A stretch of 64,000 nucleotides of DNA from Nitrospinales bacterium (GTDB lineage: Bacteria; Nitrospinota; Nitrospinia; Nitrospinales; VA-1), in assembly GCA_965262115.1 (NCBI GenBank), contig OZ253496.1:2048001-2112000 (forward strand), in the 5' to 3' direction. How positions within the stretch are numbered: the first letter of the stretch is position 1; every line of letters begins with the position of its first letter. The position numbers and the translations under genes were made by a program. Under the pieces are notes generated by a model. That model had not been told where the DNA came from and searched no databases. It was given only the letters and a program-made list of their open reading frames with translations. Positions 21,799-31,610 of this stretch are shown in pieces.

Positions 21799-22327
21799 AT
21801 GAAGTTAAAAGACATAAATGCCATCAATATCAAATGGGAAGGACCAAAGAATCTGGAAGAAGCACAGAAAAAAGAGAATTCAAAGAAAGATTATGGGGTT
21901 TACCAGATTTATGGTTTTCACCCAGTTTACGGATCCAATGTTCTTCTTTAATATTGGTAAAGCTGACGAGCAAAACTTCGACCTTCGGTTTGAACAACAT
22001 GGAAACTCCTGGATGAAAGCCTCCATGGAAGCCGGAGAATATAAAATATATTTGGGAAGGCTAGTTGGCGAATCTACCCCAAAAGATAAAGATTGGTCTA
22101 AAGAAATTGAAATTGCAGAAGAATTACTGATTTTCGCCCACTCCCCTGCCTACAACTCTAAAAATATTTACAGCATTGATGAAGAAAAAGTGCATGACTA
22201 CATAGTTTTTAATTGGGGAAACCGTGGGAGCTTACTCTATGAAGTGTCAGGAATGAGGATGACTGCTGATTGGAAAAATAAGGACATAGATATTGACAAA
22301 TTAGATCCCTATAAATATAACAAATAA
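21799..22327 (+). pseudogene. GIY-YIG superfamily nuclease, frameshifted (+1 at about 21950)
   Basis: ATG 21799 frame reads ...DYGVYQIYGFHPVYGSNVLL*. Removing one A gives LLYIGKADEQNFDLRFEQH...IAEELLIFAHSPAYN (175 aa). Confidence 0.8.
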
Positions 22328-22461
22328 TGATTAGACCACAAAGGAATCAAGTTACTTCCCAACCAACTATTTATAATTTTCTAATATCTGTTTTAATATT
22401 TGTTTTTCTAAAGTCGAGTCGCCGACATTCACTGCGGTGGGAAGTGCTGCCGGTTCAGATA

Positions 22462-22522
22462 AACCCCCTCAATCCCATCGAACAAGACGTATTCCTATTG
22501 TTCGAGTTATCAGGGGGAATAT
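22462..22522 (-). repeat. Right inverted repeat of the GIY-YIG cassette (with an internal hairpin insert)
   Basis: Reverse complement is ATATTCCCCCTGATAA[CTCGAACAA...TTGTTCGAT]GGGATTGAGGGGGTT. Confidence 0.8.
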
Positions 22523-22566
22523 CAAGGCCGGGCCACACCTAGCCCAAATATTGCATAAGAGTTTTT

Positions 22567-22645
22567 AAATCACCCCCCAGCCCCTCTTTGAAAAAGAGGG
22601 GTTCATTGAAACTCCCCCTTCCACGAAGGGGGTCGGGGGGATTTG
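22567..22645. repeat. C/G-run palindromic REP-like doublet
   Basis: CCCCCCAGCCCCTCTTTGAAAAAGAGGGG...CCCCCTTCCACGAAGGGGGTCGGGGGGATTT. Confidence 0.65.
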
Positions 22646-22730
22646 CCGTTATTCCCACCAAGACCACCTTTCCGTCAAAGAAAGTTATTGCCCATTTGCT
22701 TCCCTCGCTAGAGGGTGATATTTTATCTCC

Positions 22731-24176
22731 ATGAGCCTTCTCATCTATAACACCCTGACCGGAAAAAAAGAAACCTTCGTTCCCTTGAAGGAAAACCAGA
22801 TCGGCATGTACGTATGCGGGGTCACCGCCTATGACTATTGCCATGTCGGGCACGCCCGTGCCGCCATTGTCTTCGACACCTTTTACCGGTATTTCCAGTA
22901 CCTCGGCTACGAAGTTCGCTTCGTGCGCAACTTCACCGATATCGACGACAAGATCATCAACCGTGCCAATGAAGAAGGCGTGGACTGGCACGAGGTCAAC
23001 CGCAAATACATCGAAGCGTTTTATGAAGACATGGGCAAACTGAATATCGCCGCCCCCACCGAAGAACCGAAAGCCACCGACCACATCCCCGAAATGCTTG
23101 AGATGATTCAGTCTCTTGTCGATCAGGATAAAGCTTATGAATCCGAAGGCGATGTTTATTATTCGGTCAAGTCATTCAAGGGCTATGGTTCTCTTTCAGG
23201 AAAAAATATCGACGATCTGCTGGCGGGAGCCCGTGTCGAAGTCAGTGAAATTAAACATGATCCGCTGGATTTTGCTTTATGGAAAAAGAGCAAGCCAGGA
23301 GAACCTTTTTGGGAAAGCCCGTGGGGACCGGGCCGACCCGGTTGGCATATTGAATGTTCAGCAATGAGCAAAAAATATCTCGGCGACACCTTCGATATTC
23401 ATGGAGGCGGTAAGGATCTGGTTTTTCCGCACCATGAAAATGAAATCGCGCAGTCCTGCGGTTGTACTGGGAAACAACCAGTGCGCTACTGGGTGCATAA
23501 CGGATTCGTCAATATCGACAAGGAAAAGATGTCCAAGTCTCTCGGCAACTTTTTCACCATCCGTGAGGTTTATAAAAAATATCACCCGGAAGTTTTGCGC
23601 TTGTTTCTCATCAGCAGTCATTACCGCAGTCCCATCGACTTTTCGGAAAAAAATCTGGACGATGCCACCAAAGTGCTTTCCCGGTTTTATGAAGGACTGG
23701 CAGGCGCGCGCAAAAAAATCGGCGACCTGGATTTGGCATCCATCCCGGATTTCCAGAAAAAAATGAAGAACCATCCGTTGACGAAAAAGTTTGAAACGGC
23801 CATGAACGACGACTTGAATACAGCTGTGGCAATGGCGCATATGAATGAGGAGTTACGCAACCTCAACACCGCTGTGCTGGGCAAGAACGAAACTTCTCTG
23901 GAAGACCTTGCGATTGCTGCAACGGCATGGGAGAAAGCGGGTCAAAACCTGGGATTGTTTTCTCACACTCCCGAAGAGTTTGAAACGAAACTTTTCGCAA
24001 TCAAAAACCGTGACCTGGATCTGGATGTCAGTAAAATCGAACAACTGATCACAGATCGCAACTCAGCCCGCCAATCCAAAAACTGGGCGGAAGCAGACCG
24101 TTGCCGGGATGACCTGACTCAAATGGGAGTCCTCATCGAAGACACTCCGAACGGCACCGAGTGGAAATTGAAATGA
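22731..24176 (+). CDS. cysS: Cysteine--tRNA ligase
   Basis: MYVCGVT, HVGH, GRPGWHIECS, DIHGGG and KMSKS. Confidence 0.98.
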   Translation: MSLLIYNTLTGKKETFVPLKENQIGMYVCGVTAYDYCHVGHARAAIVFDTFYRYFQYLGYEVRFVRNFTDIDDKIINRANEEGVDWHEVNRKYIEAFYEDMGKLNIAAPTEEPKATDHIPEMLEMIQSLVDQDKAYESEGDVYYSVKSFKGYGSLSGKNIDDLLAGARVEVSEIKHDPLDFALWKKSKPGEPFWESPWGPGRPGWHIECSAMSKKYLGDTFDIHGGGKDLVFPHHENEIAQSCGCTGKQPVRYWVHNGFVNIDKEKMSKSLGNFFTIREVYKKYHPEVLRLFLISSHYRSPIDFSEKNLDDATKVLSRFYEGLAGARKKIGDLDLASIPDFQKKMKNHPLTKKFETAMNDDLNTAVAMAHMNEELRNLNTAVLGKNETSLEDLAIAATAWEKAGQNLGLFSHTPEEFETKLFAIKNRDLDLDVSKIEQLITDRNSARQSKNWAEADRCRDDLTQMGVLIEDTPNGTEWKLK

Positions 24177-25669
24177 CTGCAACATTCTCAGACGCGTACC
24201 TGAAGTTCACCCAAATTTATAACCAACTGCAGGTTCGGGAAGAAGACCACACCATCCGGGTCCCGGAAAAAGTCATCCGCTGTATCTGGAACGATCAATT
24301 GTTTTGCACACCCTATCTCAAAACCAAAGACGGGCAAAAACTTGAAATCGTTTATCCCGGATACTGGAATTTCGGCAAGGGACCCGACTTCACCAGCGCC
24401 ACCATCAAGGTGAATGGAAAAATTTATGAAGGCGATGTCGAACTACATGTCTACGCCACTGACTGGAACGCGCACGGGCACTCCGGGAATCCGGATTTCG
24501 ACAACGTTATCCTGCATGTCTATATGTGGCAGGGCCGAAGCAAAGAACCCCGTCCACCGGAAAAACAGAAGGGCTTCCAGTTTGAAATCAAGGATTACCT
24601 GACCAAAGGAATCCTTGAACTCAATGACGAACTGGATTTTGAGAACTACCCAACCTTAAATTCCGGCAATGTCGGCCTGTGCCACCAGCCGTTGACACAA
24701 CTTTCAGAAGAAAAGCTCACCCATCTTTTGAACGCCGCCGGTGAAGCGCGGGTGTTCACCAAAATGGAGCGGTTTCACGATTCGATCATTGTCGAGGGCT
24801 ACGAACAGACTTTTTACCGTGGCGTTGCCGAAGCTATGGGTTACCCCGAGAACAAACAGCCGTTCCAGACTCTGGCCGATACTCTACCTTTGATAGAATT
24901 GAAAAACCGGGTGCCCACAAAGACCCGCAAAGATGACCGGATTCTACATTACCAAGCCTTGCTCTTTGGTGCCTCGGGTTTGGTGAATGAAGATGCAGGA
25001 AAAAAAGCGGGGTTCCGTAAACTTCTGCCGATTTGGAATACCTACAAAGACCGGGTTCCCCATTCTCCTCTAACGAAAAAGGATTGGAGTTTCCGCGCCA
25101 TTCGACCTGCCAATTATCCTTACAGGCGACTGGCGGGATTGGCCTATTTGATCGTGCGTCACGAAAAAGCGGGGATGTTCGCCGACTTTATCGGGTCTTA
25201 TCAAAAGATTCTCGCGGGGTCCGGCCAGGAAATTCCCGATAAAAAAACTATAAACGCCTTCAACGATTTCTTTTGTGTATCCGCCGATGATTATTGGGCC
25301 AACCATTACACGCCCGACGGTAAGACCCTGTCACAACCCCAGCAACTTGTTGGTTCGGCGCGGTCCCGTGAAGTCATCATCAACATCGGTCTGCCTATCG
25401 GCCTGATCTTTGCCCGAGCGGGAAAATTCAAAGATCTGGAAACGGGACTCAACACCCTTTTTCAAACCGGCAAGAGCGCCAGCGATCATAAACTGCTTCG
25501 CTTCATGAAACATTATATTTTCGGCAACCGGGAGGAAATGCTGCGGGTATTGCGCTCCGAAAAGCAAAACCAGGGGCTGATGCAGGTTTATCAGGATTTT
25601 TGCACCCAGAACCAGAATAATTGCCTGCATTGTCCGTTTCCCGATGTAGTAAACAGGTATTTTTCCTAA
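24173..25669 (+). CDS. DUF2851 family protein
   Basis: PG..N...GPDF..A, GDVELH...DW..HGH..NP.FDNVILHV, RPANYP.RRLA and a C-terminal Cys cluster; ATGA overlap with cysS. Confidence 0.85.
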   Translation: MTATFSDAYLKFTQIYNQLQVREEDHTIRVPEKVIRCIWNDQLFCTPYLKTKDGQKLEIVYPGYWNFGKGPDFTSATIKVNGKIYEGDVELHVYATDWNAHGHSGNPDFDNVILHVYMWQGRSKEPRPPEKQKGFQFEIKDYLTKGILELNDELDFENYPTLNSGNVGLCHQPLTQLSEEKLTHLLNAAGEARVFTKMERFHDSIIVEGYEQTFYRGVAEAMGYPENKQPFQTLADTLPLIELKNRVPTKTRKDDRILHYQALLFGASGLVNEDAGKKAGFRKLLPIWNTYKDRVPHSPLTKKDWSFRAIRPANYPYRRLAGLAYLIVRHEKAGMFADFIGSYQKILAGSGQEIPDKKTINAFNDFFCVSADDYWANHYTPDGKTLSQPQQLVGSARSREVIINIGLPIGLIFARAGKFKDLETGLNTLFQTGKSASDHKLLRFMKHYIFGNREEMLRVLRSEKQNQGLMQVYQDFCTQNQNNCLHCPFPDVVNRYFS

Positions 25670-25806
25670 AAAAAACTCCAAAAAACCCATCAATCCCATT
25701 GCGCAATCAATCAATTTCCCCTAAAATCGACATCCCCCTTGATTGTATTGAACTTTCGAGATAAAGTGATAGTCTCCCCATTCAGCAATAAGGAATACCA
25801 GTTTTA

Positions 25807-26610
25807 ATGGATCATTTAGACGAACTGGAAAATCAAAGCATTTTCATCCTGCGCGAAGCCTACAAAAACTTTAAAAACCTGGCAATGCTGTGGTCGATCG
25901 GAAAAGACTCCACCATTCTGGTCTGGCTGGCACGCAAGGCCTTTTTTGGTCATTGTCCCATTCCGTTGGTTCACATCGACACCACCTACAAAATTCCCGC
26001 CATGATTGAGTACCGGGACCGGGTCGCCAAAGAATGGGGACTTGATCTGGTGGTCGGCAAAAACCAGAAGGCGCTGGATGAAGGCATGAATCATGAAAGG
26101 GGACGATTGGTTTGCTGTGAAGCATTAAAAACCCAGGGCCTGCAATGCATCATGGAGGAGCACGGTTATACCGGGTTGATTCTGGGTATCCGAAGGGATG
26201 AAGAAGGCACCCGCGCCAAGGAACGCTATTTCTCGCCACGGGATAAAAATTTCGAATGGAATTTTAAAGACCAGCCTCCCGAGTTGTGGGATCAATATAA
26301 AACCAGTTTTTCTGACGACACGCACATCCGCATTCATCCCATCCTGCACTGGACGGAACTGAATGTCTGGGAGTACATACAAAGAGAAAAAATTCCCATC
26401 ATCGATCTCTATTTCGCCACGCCAGAAGGGACGCGCTATCGGTCTCTGGGTTGTGCCCCTTGCACCGGCACCATTAACTCCACGGCCAAATCGGTGGACG
26501 AGATCGTAGAGGAACTTAAAAACATCACCACAGCAGAGCGCTCCGGAAGGGCACAGGATCAGGAAAACACCTATGCCATGCAGAAACTGCGAGCCCGGGG
26601 ATATATGTAA
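25807..26610 (+). CDS. cysD: Sulfate adenylyltransferase subunit 2
   Basis: WSIGKDS, RRDEE..RAKER, QPPELW and YRSLGC. Confidence 0.95.
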   Translation: MDHLDELENQSIFILREAYKNFKNLAMLWSIGKDSTILVWLARKAFFGHCPIPLVHIDTTYKIPAMIEYRDRVAKEWGLDLVVGKNQKALDEGMNHERGRLVCCEALKTQGLQCIMEEHGYTGLILGIRRDEEGTRAKERYFSPRDKNFEWNFKDQPPELWDQYKTSFSDDTHIRIHPILHWTELNVWEYIQREKIPIIDLYFATPEGTRYRSLGCAPCTGTINSTAKSVDEIVEELKNITTAERSGRAQDQENTYAMQKLRARGYM

Positions 26611-28434
26611 ATGGGCAATAATGGTAGCGCACCAGATCTTTCCAGCCGTCTTTTACGGCTGGTCATCGTCGGTCATGTGGATCATGGAAAATCCACCCTG
26701 GTCGGACGTCTTCTCTCCGACACCGGAACTCTGCCCGAAGGCAAGCTCGACTTCGTCCGCGATATCTGCAAGCAACAGGGCAAGGAATTCGAATTCGCTT
26801 TTTTGCTAGATGCTTTGGAAGAAGAGCAGGAACAGGGCATCACCATCGACACTTCACAGATTTTTTTCCATACCGCACAGCGCAAATACGTCATCATCGA
26901 CGCACCGGGCCATAAGGAGTTTCTGAAAAACATGGTCACGGGTGCCGCCGATGCCGAGGCTGCCCTCCTGCTGATCGGTGCCAACGAAGGAGTTCAGGAA
27001 CAATCGCGCCGACACGGTTATATTTTAAAACTGCTGGGGCTCACCCAGGTCGCAGTGGTGATCAACAAAATGGATCTGATCGGTTATGACGAGAAGGTTT
27101 ATAACAATATCAAATCCGAATACACCGCCTTCCTCGATTCACTGGGGATTGAAGCGCGGGAGTTCATTCCCGTTTCCGCCAAACTCGGTGTCAACATCGC
27201 TGCATCGAAAGATGAAATGCCCTGGTACAAAGGGCCGACGGTTTTAAAAATGCTCGACCAGTTCGAGAAAAAACCACCACAAGATCATCTCCCCTTCCGC
27301 TTTCCGGTTCAGGATGTTTACAAATTTGACGAACGGCGCATCATCGCCGGACGGGTTGAATCGGGAAAGTTGAAGACCGGGGACAGGGTCATCTTCTCCC
27401 CTTCCAATAAACAGGCGGTGGTTAAATCCATCGAAGCCTGGAGCGTGCCCGATAAACCTTCTTCCGCCGCCTCTTCCGAGTCCATCGGGTTCACTCTCGA
27501 CGAACAGATATTCGTCGAGCGCGGCGATGTGTGTACCCTCATGGACCAGTTGCCCATCGTCTCCACCACCTTCGATGCCAACGTTTTCTGGATGGGTAAA
27601 CGCCACTTGGAAAAAGGCAGAAAATTCACCCTCAAATTAAACACGCAGGAAGTGGAATGCGAGGTTGTTGAGTTCAAAAAAGCCATCGATGCTTCTACTC
27701 TGGAGACTCTGACCAATCAGGATTATATTGCCAAGAATGACGTTGCCGAATTGACCTTGAGCACGCGGAACCCGGTAGCCTTTGATCTGTTCGGGTCCAT
27801 TGCCACCACCGGGAGGTTTGTTCTGGTGGATGAATACGATGTTTGCGGCGGCGGCATCATCACCACCTACACCCCGACGACCAAGTCCGATAAACTCAGG
27901 GACGAAGTCCGCACCCGGGATTTCAATTGGATCAAAAGCGAAATCAAACCCGACGAAAGAGCTTATAGAAATGGACACCGGGCAGCACTGATCCTTATTA
28001 TTGGCGACCCCGGCACCGGCAAAGGTCCGCTGGCCCGAGCATTGGAACACAGCCTGTTCCAGAATAATTTCCAAAGTTATTTGCTCGACCGCAGAAACGT
28101 TAACCTCGGAGTCGGGGCTGATCTTGAGGATCCTAAAAACAGTGGTGAAAGCGAATCGGCCCGGAGATTGGGAGAAGTGGCAAAGCTTCTTCTCGATGCT
28201 GGCCAGGTGGTGATCTCCACCTCCAACGCCTTCCATCAGGAAGACCAGGCTGATCTGAGATTATTGGCCAATCCCTATCAGGTTGTGGAAATTCAAGTGG
28301 GAAAACAATCATCCGGAGAACCCGATCTGGCCCTCTCTTTAGATGAAGCGCAAAACGTCAAAGAAGCCTCTCATAAAATTCAGAATTTTCTCAAAGAAAA
28401 GAAAATTCTGCTGGGCCACAACTATTCGATATAA
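26611..28434 (+). CDS. cysN: Sulfate adenylyltransferase subunit 1 with a degenerate APS-kinase-like C-terminal domain
   Basis: [24 protein letters not shown] and TGRFVLVD; follows cysD. Confidence 0.92.
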   Translation: MGNNGSAPDLSSRLLRLVIVGHVDHGKSTLVGRLLSDTGTLPEGKLDFVRDICKQQGKEFEFAFLLDALEEEQEQGITIDTSQIFFHTAQRKYVIIDAPGHKEFLKNMVTGAADAEAALLLIGANEGVQEQSRRHGYILKLLGLTQVAVVINKMDLIGYDEKVYNNIKSEYTAFLDSLGIEAREFIPVSAKLGVNIAASKDEMPWYKGPTVLKMLDQFEKKPPQDHLPFRFPVQDVYKFDERRIIAGRVESGKLKTGDRVIFSPSNKQAVVKSIEAWSVPDKPSSAASSESIGFTLDEQIFVERGDVCTLMDQLPIVSTTFDANVFWMGKRHLEKGRKFTLKLNTQEVECEVVEFKKAIDASTLETLTNQDYIAKNDVAELTLSTRNPVAFDLFGSIATTGRFVLVDEYDVCGGGIITTYTPTTKSDKLRDEVRTRDFNWIKSEIKPDERAYRNGHRAALILIIGDPGTGKGPLARALEHSLFQNNFQSYLLDRRNVNLGVGADLEDPKNSGESESARRLGEVAKLLLDAGQVVISTSNAFHQEDQADLRLLANPYQVVEIQVGKQSSGEPDLALSLDEAQNVKEASHKIQNFLKEKKILLGHNYSI

Positions 28435-28464
28435 TCACTAGCAAGTAGCACAGATAGTAATAAA

Positions 28465-28537
28465 CGTCATTGCGAGCAAAGCGAAGCCATCCAGAAAAAG
28501 TCTGGATCGCACACCGCTTTCAGCGGTTCGCGATGAC
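28465..28537. repeat. CGTC-type REP palindrome
   Basis: CGTCATTGCGAGC...GAAGCCATCCAG...CTGGATCGC...GTTCGCGATGAC imperfect inverted repeat. Confidence 0.7.
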
Positions 28538-28583
28538 ATATTTACGAGACAATAGGCAACGGGTTTTGCCTTAAATTAATCGG

Positions 28584-28613
28584 TTGACATTACCCCGGTT
28601 ATTGGGCATTAAT
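28584..28613 (+). promoter_or_regulatory. Candidate sigma70 promoter for the ferredoxin gene
   Basis: TTGACA-N18-ATTAAT. Confidence 0.4.
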
Positions 28614-28660
28614 AGCCTTCTTGCAAAGCCAGAAAACCCAAGTTGGAGTTTTGCCTTACC

Positions 28661-28966
28661 ATGCCCAAGATCAAGATCATCAACACCGAAACCAACGAAA
28701 TCATTGATTTAAAAGCCGGTTACGGTGCCAATCTGAGAAAGGCCGCGCTCTATAACGATGCCGAGGTTTATAAAGGATTCAACAAGTTCTTAAACTGTCG
28801 CGGGCATGGCATGTGTGGCAAATGTGTGGTGGAAATCGAGCCGCTCGAAAACGTCAACCCACGCACCTTTTTTGAAAATCTCCACAAACTCGAAGACCAC
28901 CAGAAACTCGGATGTCGCGTAAAAGTCTATGGCGACATCACCGTAAAAGCCGCCATCGCCGACTGA
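28661..28966 (+). CDS. 2Fe-2S ferredoxin
   Basis: CRGHGMCGKC...LGC motif. Confidence 0.9.
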   Translation: MPKIKIINTETNEIIDLKAGYGANLRKAALYNDAEVYKGFNKFLNCRGHGMCGKCVVEIEPLENVNPRTFFENLHKLEDHQKLGCRVKVYGDITVKAAIAD

Positions 28967-29012
28967 CCCTTCGAGCATTTCGTTCCTTCCCCAGTATTTT
29001 CTCATCGCTCCT

Positions 29013-29366
29013 TTATATCTTTAGAACAATGAGCAGTGGCAGGAGTGTTAGTCCGACTGCGCCGACGAAGGCATGAACCAAAACGTCCCAGCGTTTGCTG
29101 AACGGAACGATTGTGATACAGTAAAGGCAGATCAAATAATCAAACAGGCTGTTGTCATCGTGGGTCTGGTTCATCAGCAGGTAATAGCCCAGACAAAACG
29201 CAATGCTGTAAAACAGGAGCCTGTGTATTTTCAGGCTCTGGGTGGTCTTCTTCCTGAATGCCATAAACAATCCCAGAAAGATATTGAGGATATAAAATCC
29301 GATCGCGGCCACCACCCAAATGAGCGAAGGCGACGATGTTATTTTTGGGAGGAGAGTGGGTTCCAT
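29013..29366 (-). CDS. Hypothetical membrane protein
   Basis: Four hydrophobic helices, clean ORF. Confidence 0.65.
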   Translation of the reverse strand: MEPTLLPKITSSPSLIWVVAAIGFYILNIFLGLFMAFRKKTTQSLKIHRLLFYSIAFCLGYYLLMNQTHDDNSLFDYLICLYCITIVPFSKRWDVLVHAFVGAVGLTLLPLLIVLKI

Positions 29367-29404
29367 AAAACAGAAAATCTCAAGAGGGTAAATCGCATAT
29401 TAAC

Positions 29405-30190
29405 ATGAATCTACAAGACCGAAAAGTGATCATCACCGGGGCCGGTGACGGTATCGGCAGAGCTCTTGCCCTGGCCTTTGCCAAAGAAGGCGCAAAGGTT
29501 GCCGTCTGCGCGCGAAGTCAGGATCGTTTGGATTCCTTGTCTGATGAAATTGAGGGTACCGGGCATCTTTTTTTCTCCGCCGATCTCGGCAAAGCGGAAG
29601 GCGTTGAAGCCTTTCACAAAAATACGGTGAAACAACTGGGCCAGGTCGATGTGTTGGTCAATAATGTCGGAGCAATTTTAAAGTTGGCCAGTTTTTTTGA
29701 ACTGACCGATCAAGACTGGGAAAATTCGTTCCAGATCAACCTGATGTCTGCCGTTCGACTGAGCCGACACTGCATTCCGTCGCTGAAAAAATCCGCTTGC
29801 GCCAGGATCATTAATATTTCATCCATTGCGGCGGCCGGGCCGCAGGAAGTTTTCCCCCACTACAGTGCTATGAAGGCCGGGCTTTCCAATTTGACTGTTT
29901 CTCTGGCCCAGACCCTTGCGCCGGACAAGATCCTGGTCAATTCCATTTCCCCCGGCCCAGTGTGGAGCAAATCATGGGAAGACGAAGCCCGGGCACAAAG
30001 TAACGGGTCTAATTTAGAACAGGTAAAAAAAGAAATCATGGAACAAACCGGAAAAACTATTCCTTTAAACCGAATGGGCATGCCGGAAGATTTAACCGGA
30101 CTGGCCCTGTTTTTAGCTTCCGACCAATCTGGTTGGATCACAGCCACGAACTTCAGCGTAGATGGCGGGGTCACCCGGAATCCTTTTTAA
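29405..30190 (+). CDS. SDR family oxidoreductase
   Basis: TGAGDGIG, LVNNVG, YSAMK and VDGG. Confidence 0.93.
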   Translation: MNLQDRKVIITGAGDGIGRALALAFAKEGAKVAVCARSQDRLDSLSDEIEGTGHLFFSADLGKAEGVEAFHKNTVKQLGQVDVLVNNVGAILKLASFFELTDQDWENSFQINLMSAVRLSRHCIPSLKKSACARIINISSIAAAGPQEVFPHYSAMKAGLSNLTVSLAQTLAPDKILVNSISPGPVWSKSWEDEARAQSNGSNLEQVKKEIMEQTGKTIPLNRMGMPEDLTGLALFLASDQSGWITATNFSVDGGVTRNPF

Positions 30191-30209
30191 CAGGACGCAT
30201 GCAATTGTC

Positions 30210-31472
30210 ATGACTGGAAAAACTAAATTTTTACCGGGCCTCATTATCTGCCTAAGCCTTTTCGTCGGGTGCTCGGTTTCCCGAACCACCAATCCTGATA
30301 AAACCCTGGTCACTCAAGACGCCGCAATTTTTGATAAACGGTTTGAATCCGTTTCGTTGAAGGATATTAACCTGAAAAATTTCTGGCTCCATGGCGATTC
30401 ATCCGATGACCGCGAGCCGGTTCCGTTGGACAACCACACATTTTCCCGTATCACCGAGAAGGTGAAGAAGGCGGTGGTTAATATTTACACCATTCGGCTG
30501 GAAGAGCGTAACGCCAAATTCGGCATCTCCCCTAACGATCTTTTACCGATACGAATTCCTCTTGTTTCTGCCATTCTCGATATCATTCCCTTTCAGGTCC
30601 CCATTCCTTTTAAAACGGAAGGATTCAGTCTGGGCTCGGGTTTCCTGATCAACGAGCAAGGCTACATCCTCACCAATGCTCACGTGATTTCCAATTCCGT
30701 CAATATCCGCGTCGTGCTGTCTGAGGGGAAAAAAGAATACCCCGCGAAAATAATTGGCCTCGACCGGATGACCGATACCGCCCTGATTAAAATTGAGCCG
30801 GACTTCACTCCCACCGTTTTGCCCTTCGGCTATTCGGACAAACTGAAAATGGGAGAAGTGGTTCTGGCCATGGGGAATCCGCTGGGGTTCCAGCATTCGG
30901 TAACGTCCGGGCTGATCAGCGCCAAGGAGAGAGTGGCTCCTCATGCCGGAGACCGCTACGTGAATTTTCTGCAAACCGACTCTGCCATCAACCCTGGCAG
31001 CAGTGGTGGACCTCTCGTCAATCTTCATGGAGAAGTGGTGGGAATCAATACGGCCATTATTGAACAGGCTCAATTGATTGGATTCGCCATTCCCATCAAC
31101 ACCGCAAAAGATGTCATGGGCATGTTGATCACCGGAAAAACGGAAAGAGGATGGTTTGGAGCCCACGCGGCACCGATCACAGCCGAGGAGGCCCTGGAAC
31201 TGAACTATCCGGACCTTGAAGGAATGATTGTCAAAGGTATAGAAAAAGACAGCCCCGCCGAGCAGTCCGGCCTGAAAATAAATGACATCATCACCCAATT
31301 TAATAAAATGCCAATCACCAAGCTGGCTATCTTGCGGCGGAAACTACTGGTTCTCGCCCCGGGACAGGAAATTCATTTAACCCTCTTCAGGGATGGAGAA
31401 ACCTTCGAGATCACAAGCACCCTGGCCCGGAAAAAAACTGAGAAGGAAATAGAGACCGAACCAGCCTCCTGA
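30210..31472 (+). CDS. HtrA/DegP-type serine protease with one PDZ domain (probable lipoprotein)
   Basis: GSGFLI, TNAHV, DTALIK, AINPGSSGGPL and PDZ SPA..SGL..ND; LFVGC lipobox-like motif. Confidence 0.92.
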   Translation: MTGKTKFLPGLIICLSLFVGCSVSRTTNPDKTLVTQDAAIFDKRFESVSLKDINLKNFWLHGDSSDDREPVPLDNHTFSRITEKVKKAVVNIYTIRLEERNAKFGISPNDLLPIRIPLVSAILDIIPFQVPIPFKTEGFSLGSGFLINEQGYILTNAHVISNSVNIRVVLSEGKKEYPAKIIGLDRMTDTALIKIEPDFTPTVLPFGYSDKLKMGEVVLAMGNPLGFQHSVTSGLISAKERVAPHAGDRYVNFLQTDSAINPGSSGGPLVNLHGEVVGINTAIIEQAQLIGFAIPINTAKDVMGMLITGKTERGWFGAHAAPITAEEALELNYPDLEGMIVKGIEKDSPAEQSGLKINDIITQFNKMPITKLAILRRKLLVLAPGQEIHLTLFRDGETFEITSTLARKKTEKEIETEPAS

Positions 31473-31610
31473 GTTTTTGACAGCTTGCCAACAGGTGTCG
31501 CCCGGCTTGCGTTTTAAGGAGAGTCGCAGTATTCTCCCATCTCTAAAATAAATAACCTTAAGTTTTCCTGCAGGACTCTAAGGCAACTTTAAAAACAAAC
31601 CGTATTTATT

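Noticed and set aside
21818..22327. 169-aa ORF from the track as a real protein
   Set aside because: Its first ~44 codons are off-frame; the coherent GIY-YIG reading starts at 21799
22327..22542. 71-aa ORF as a partner of the nuclease
   Set aside because: No recognisable motif, and it runs through the right inverted repeat; unsupported though not excluded
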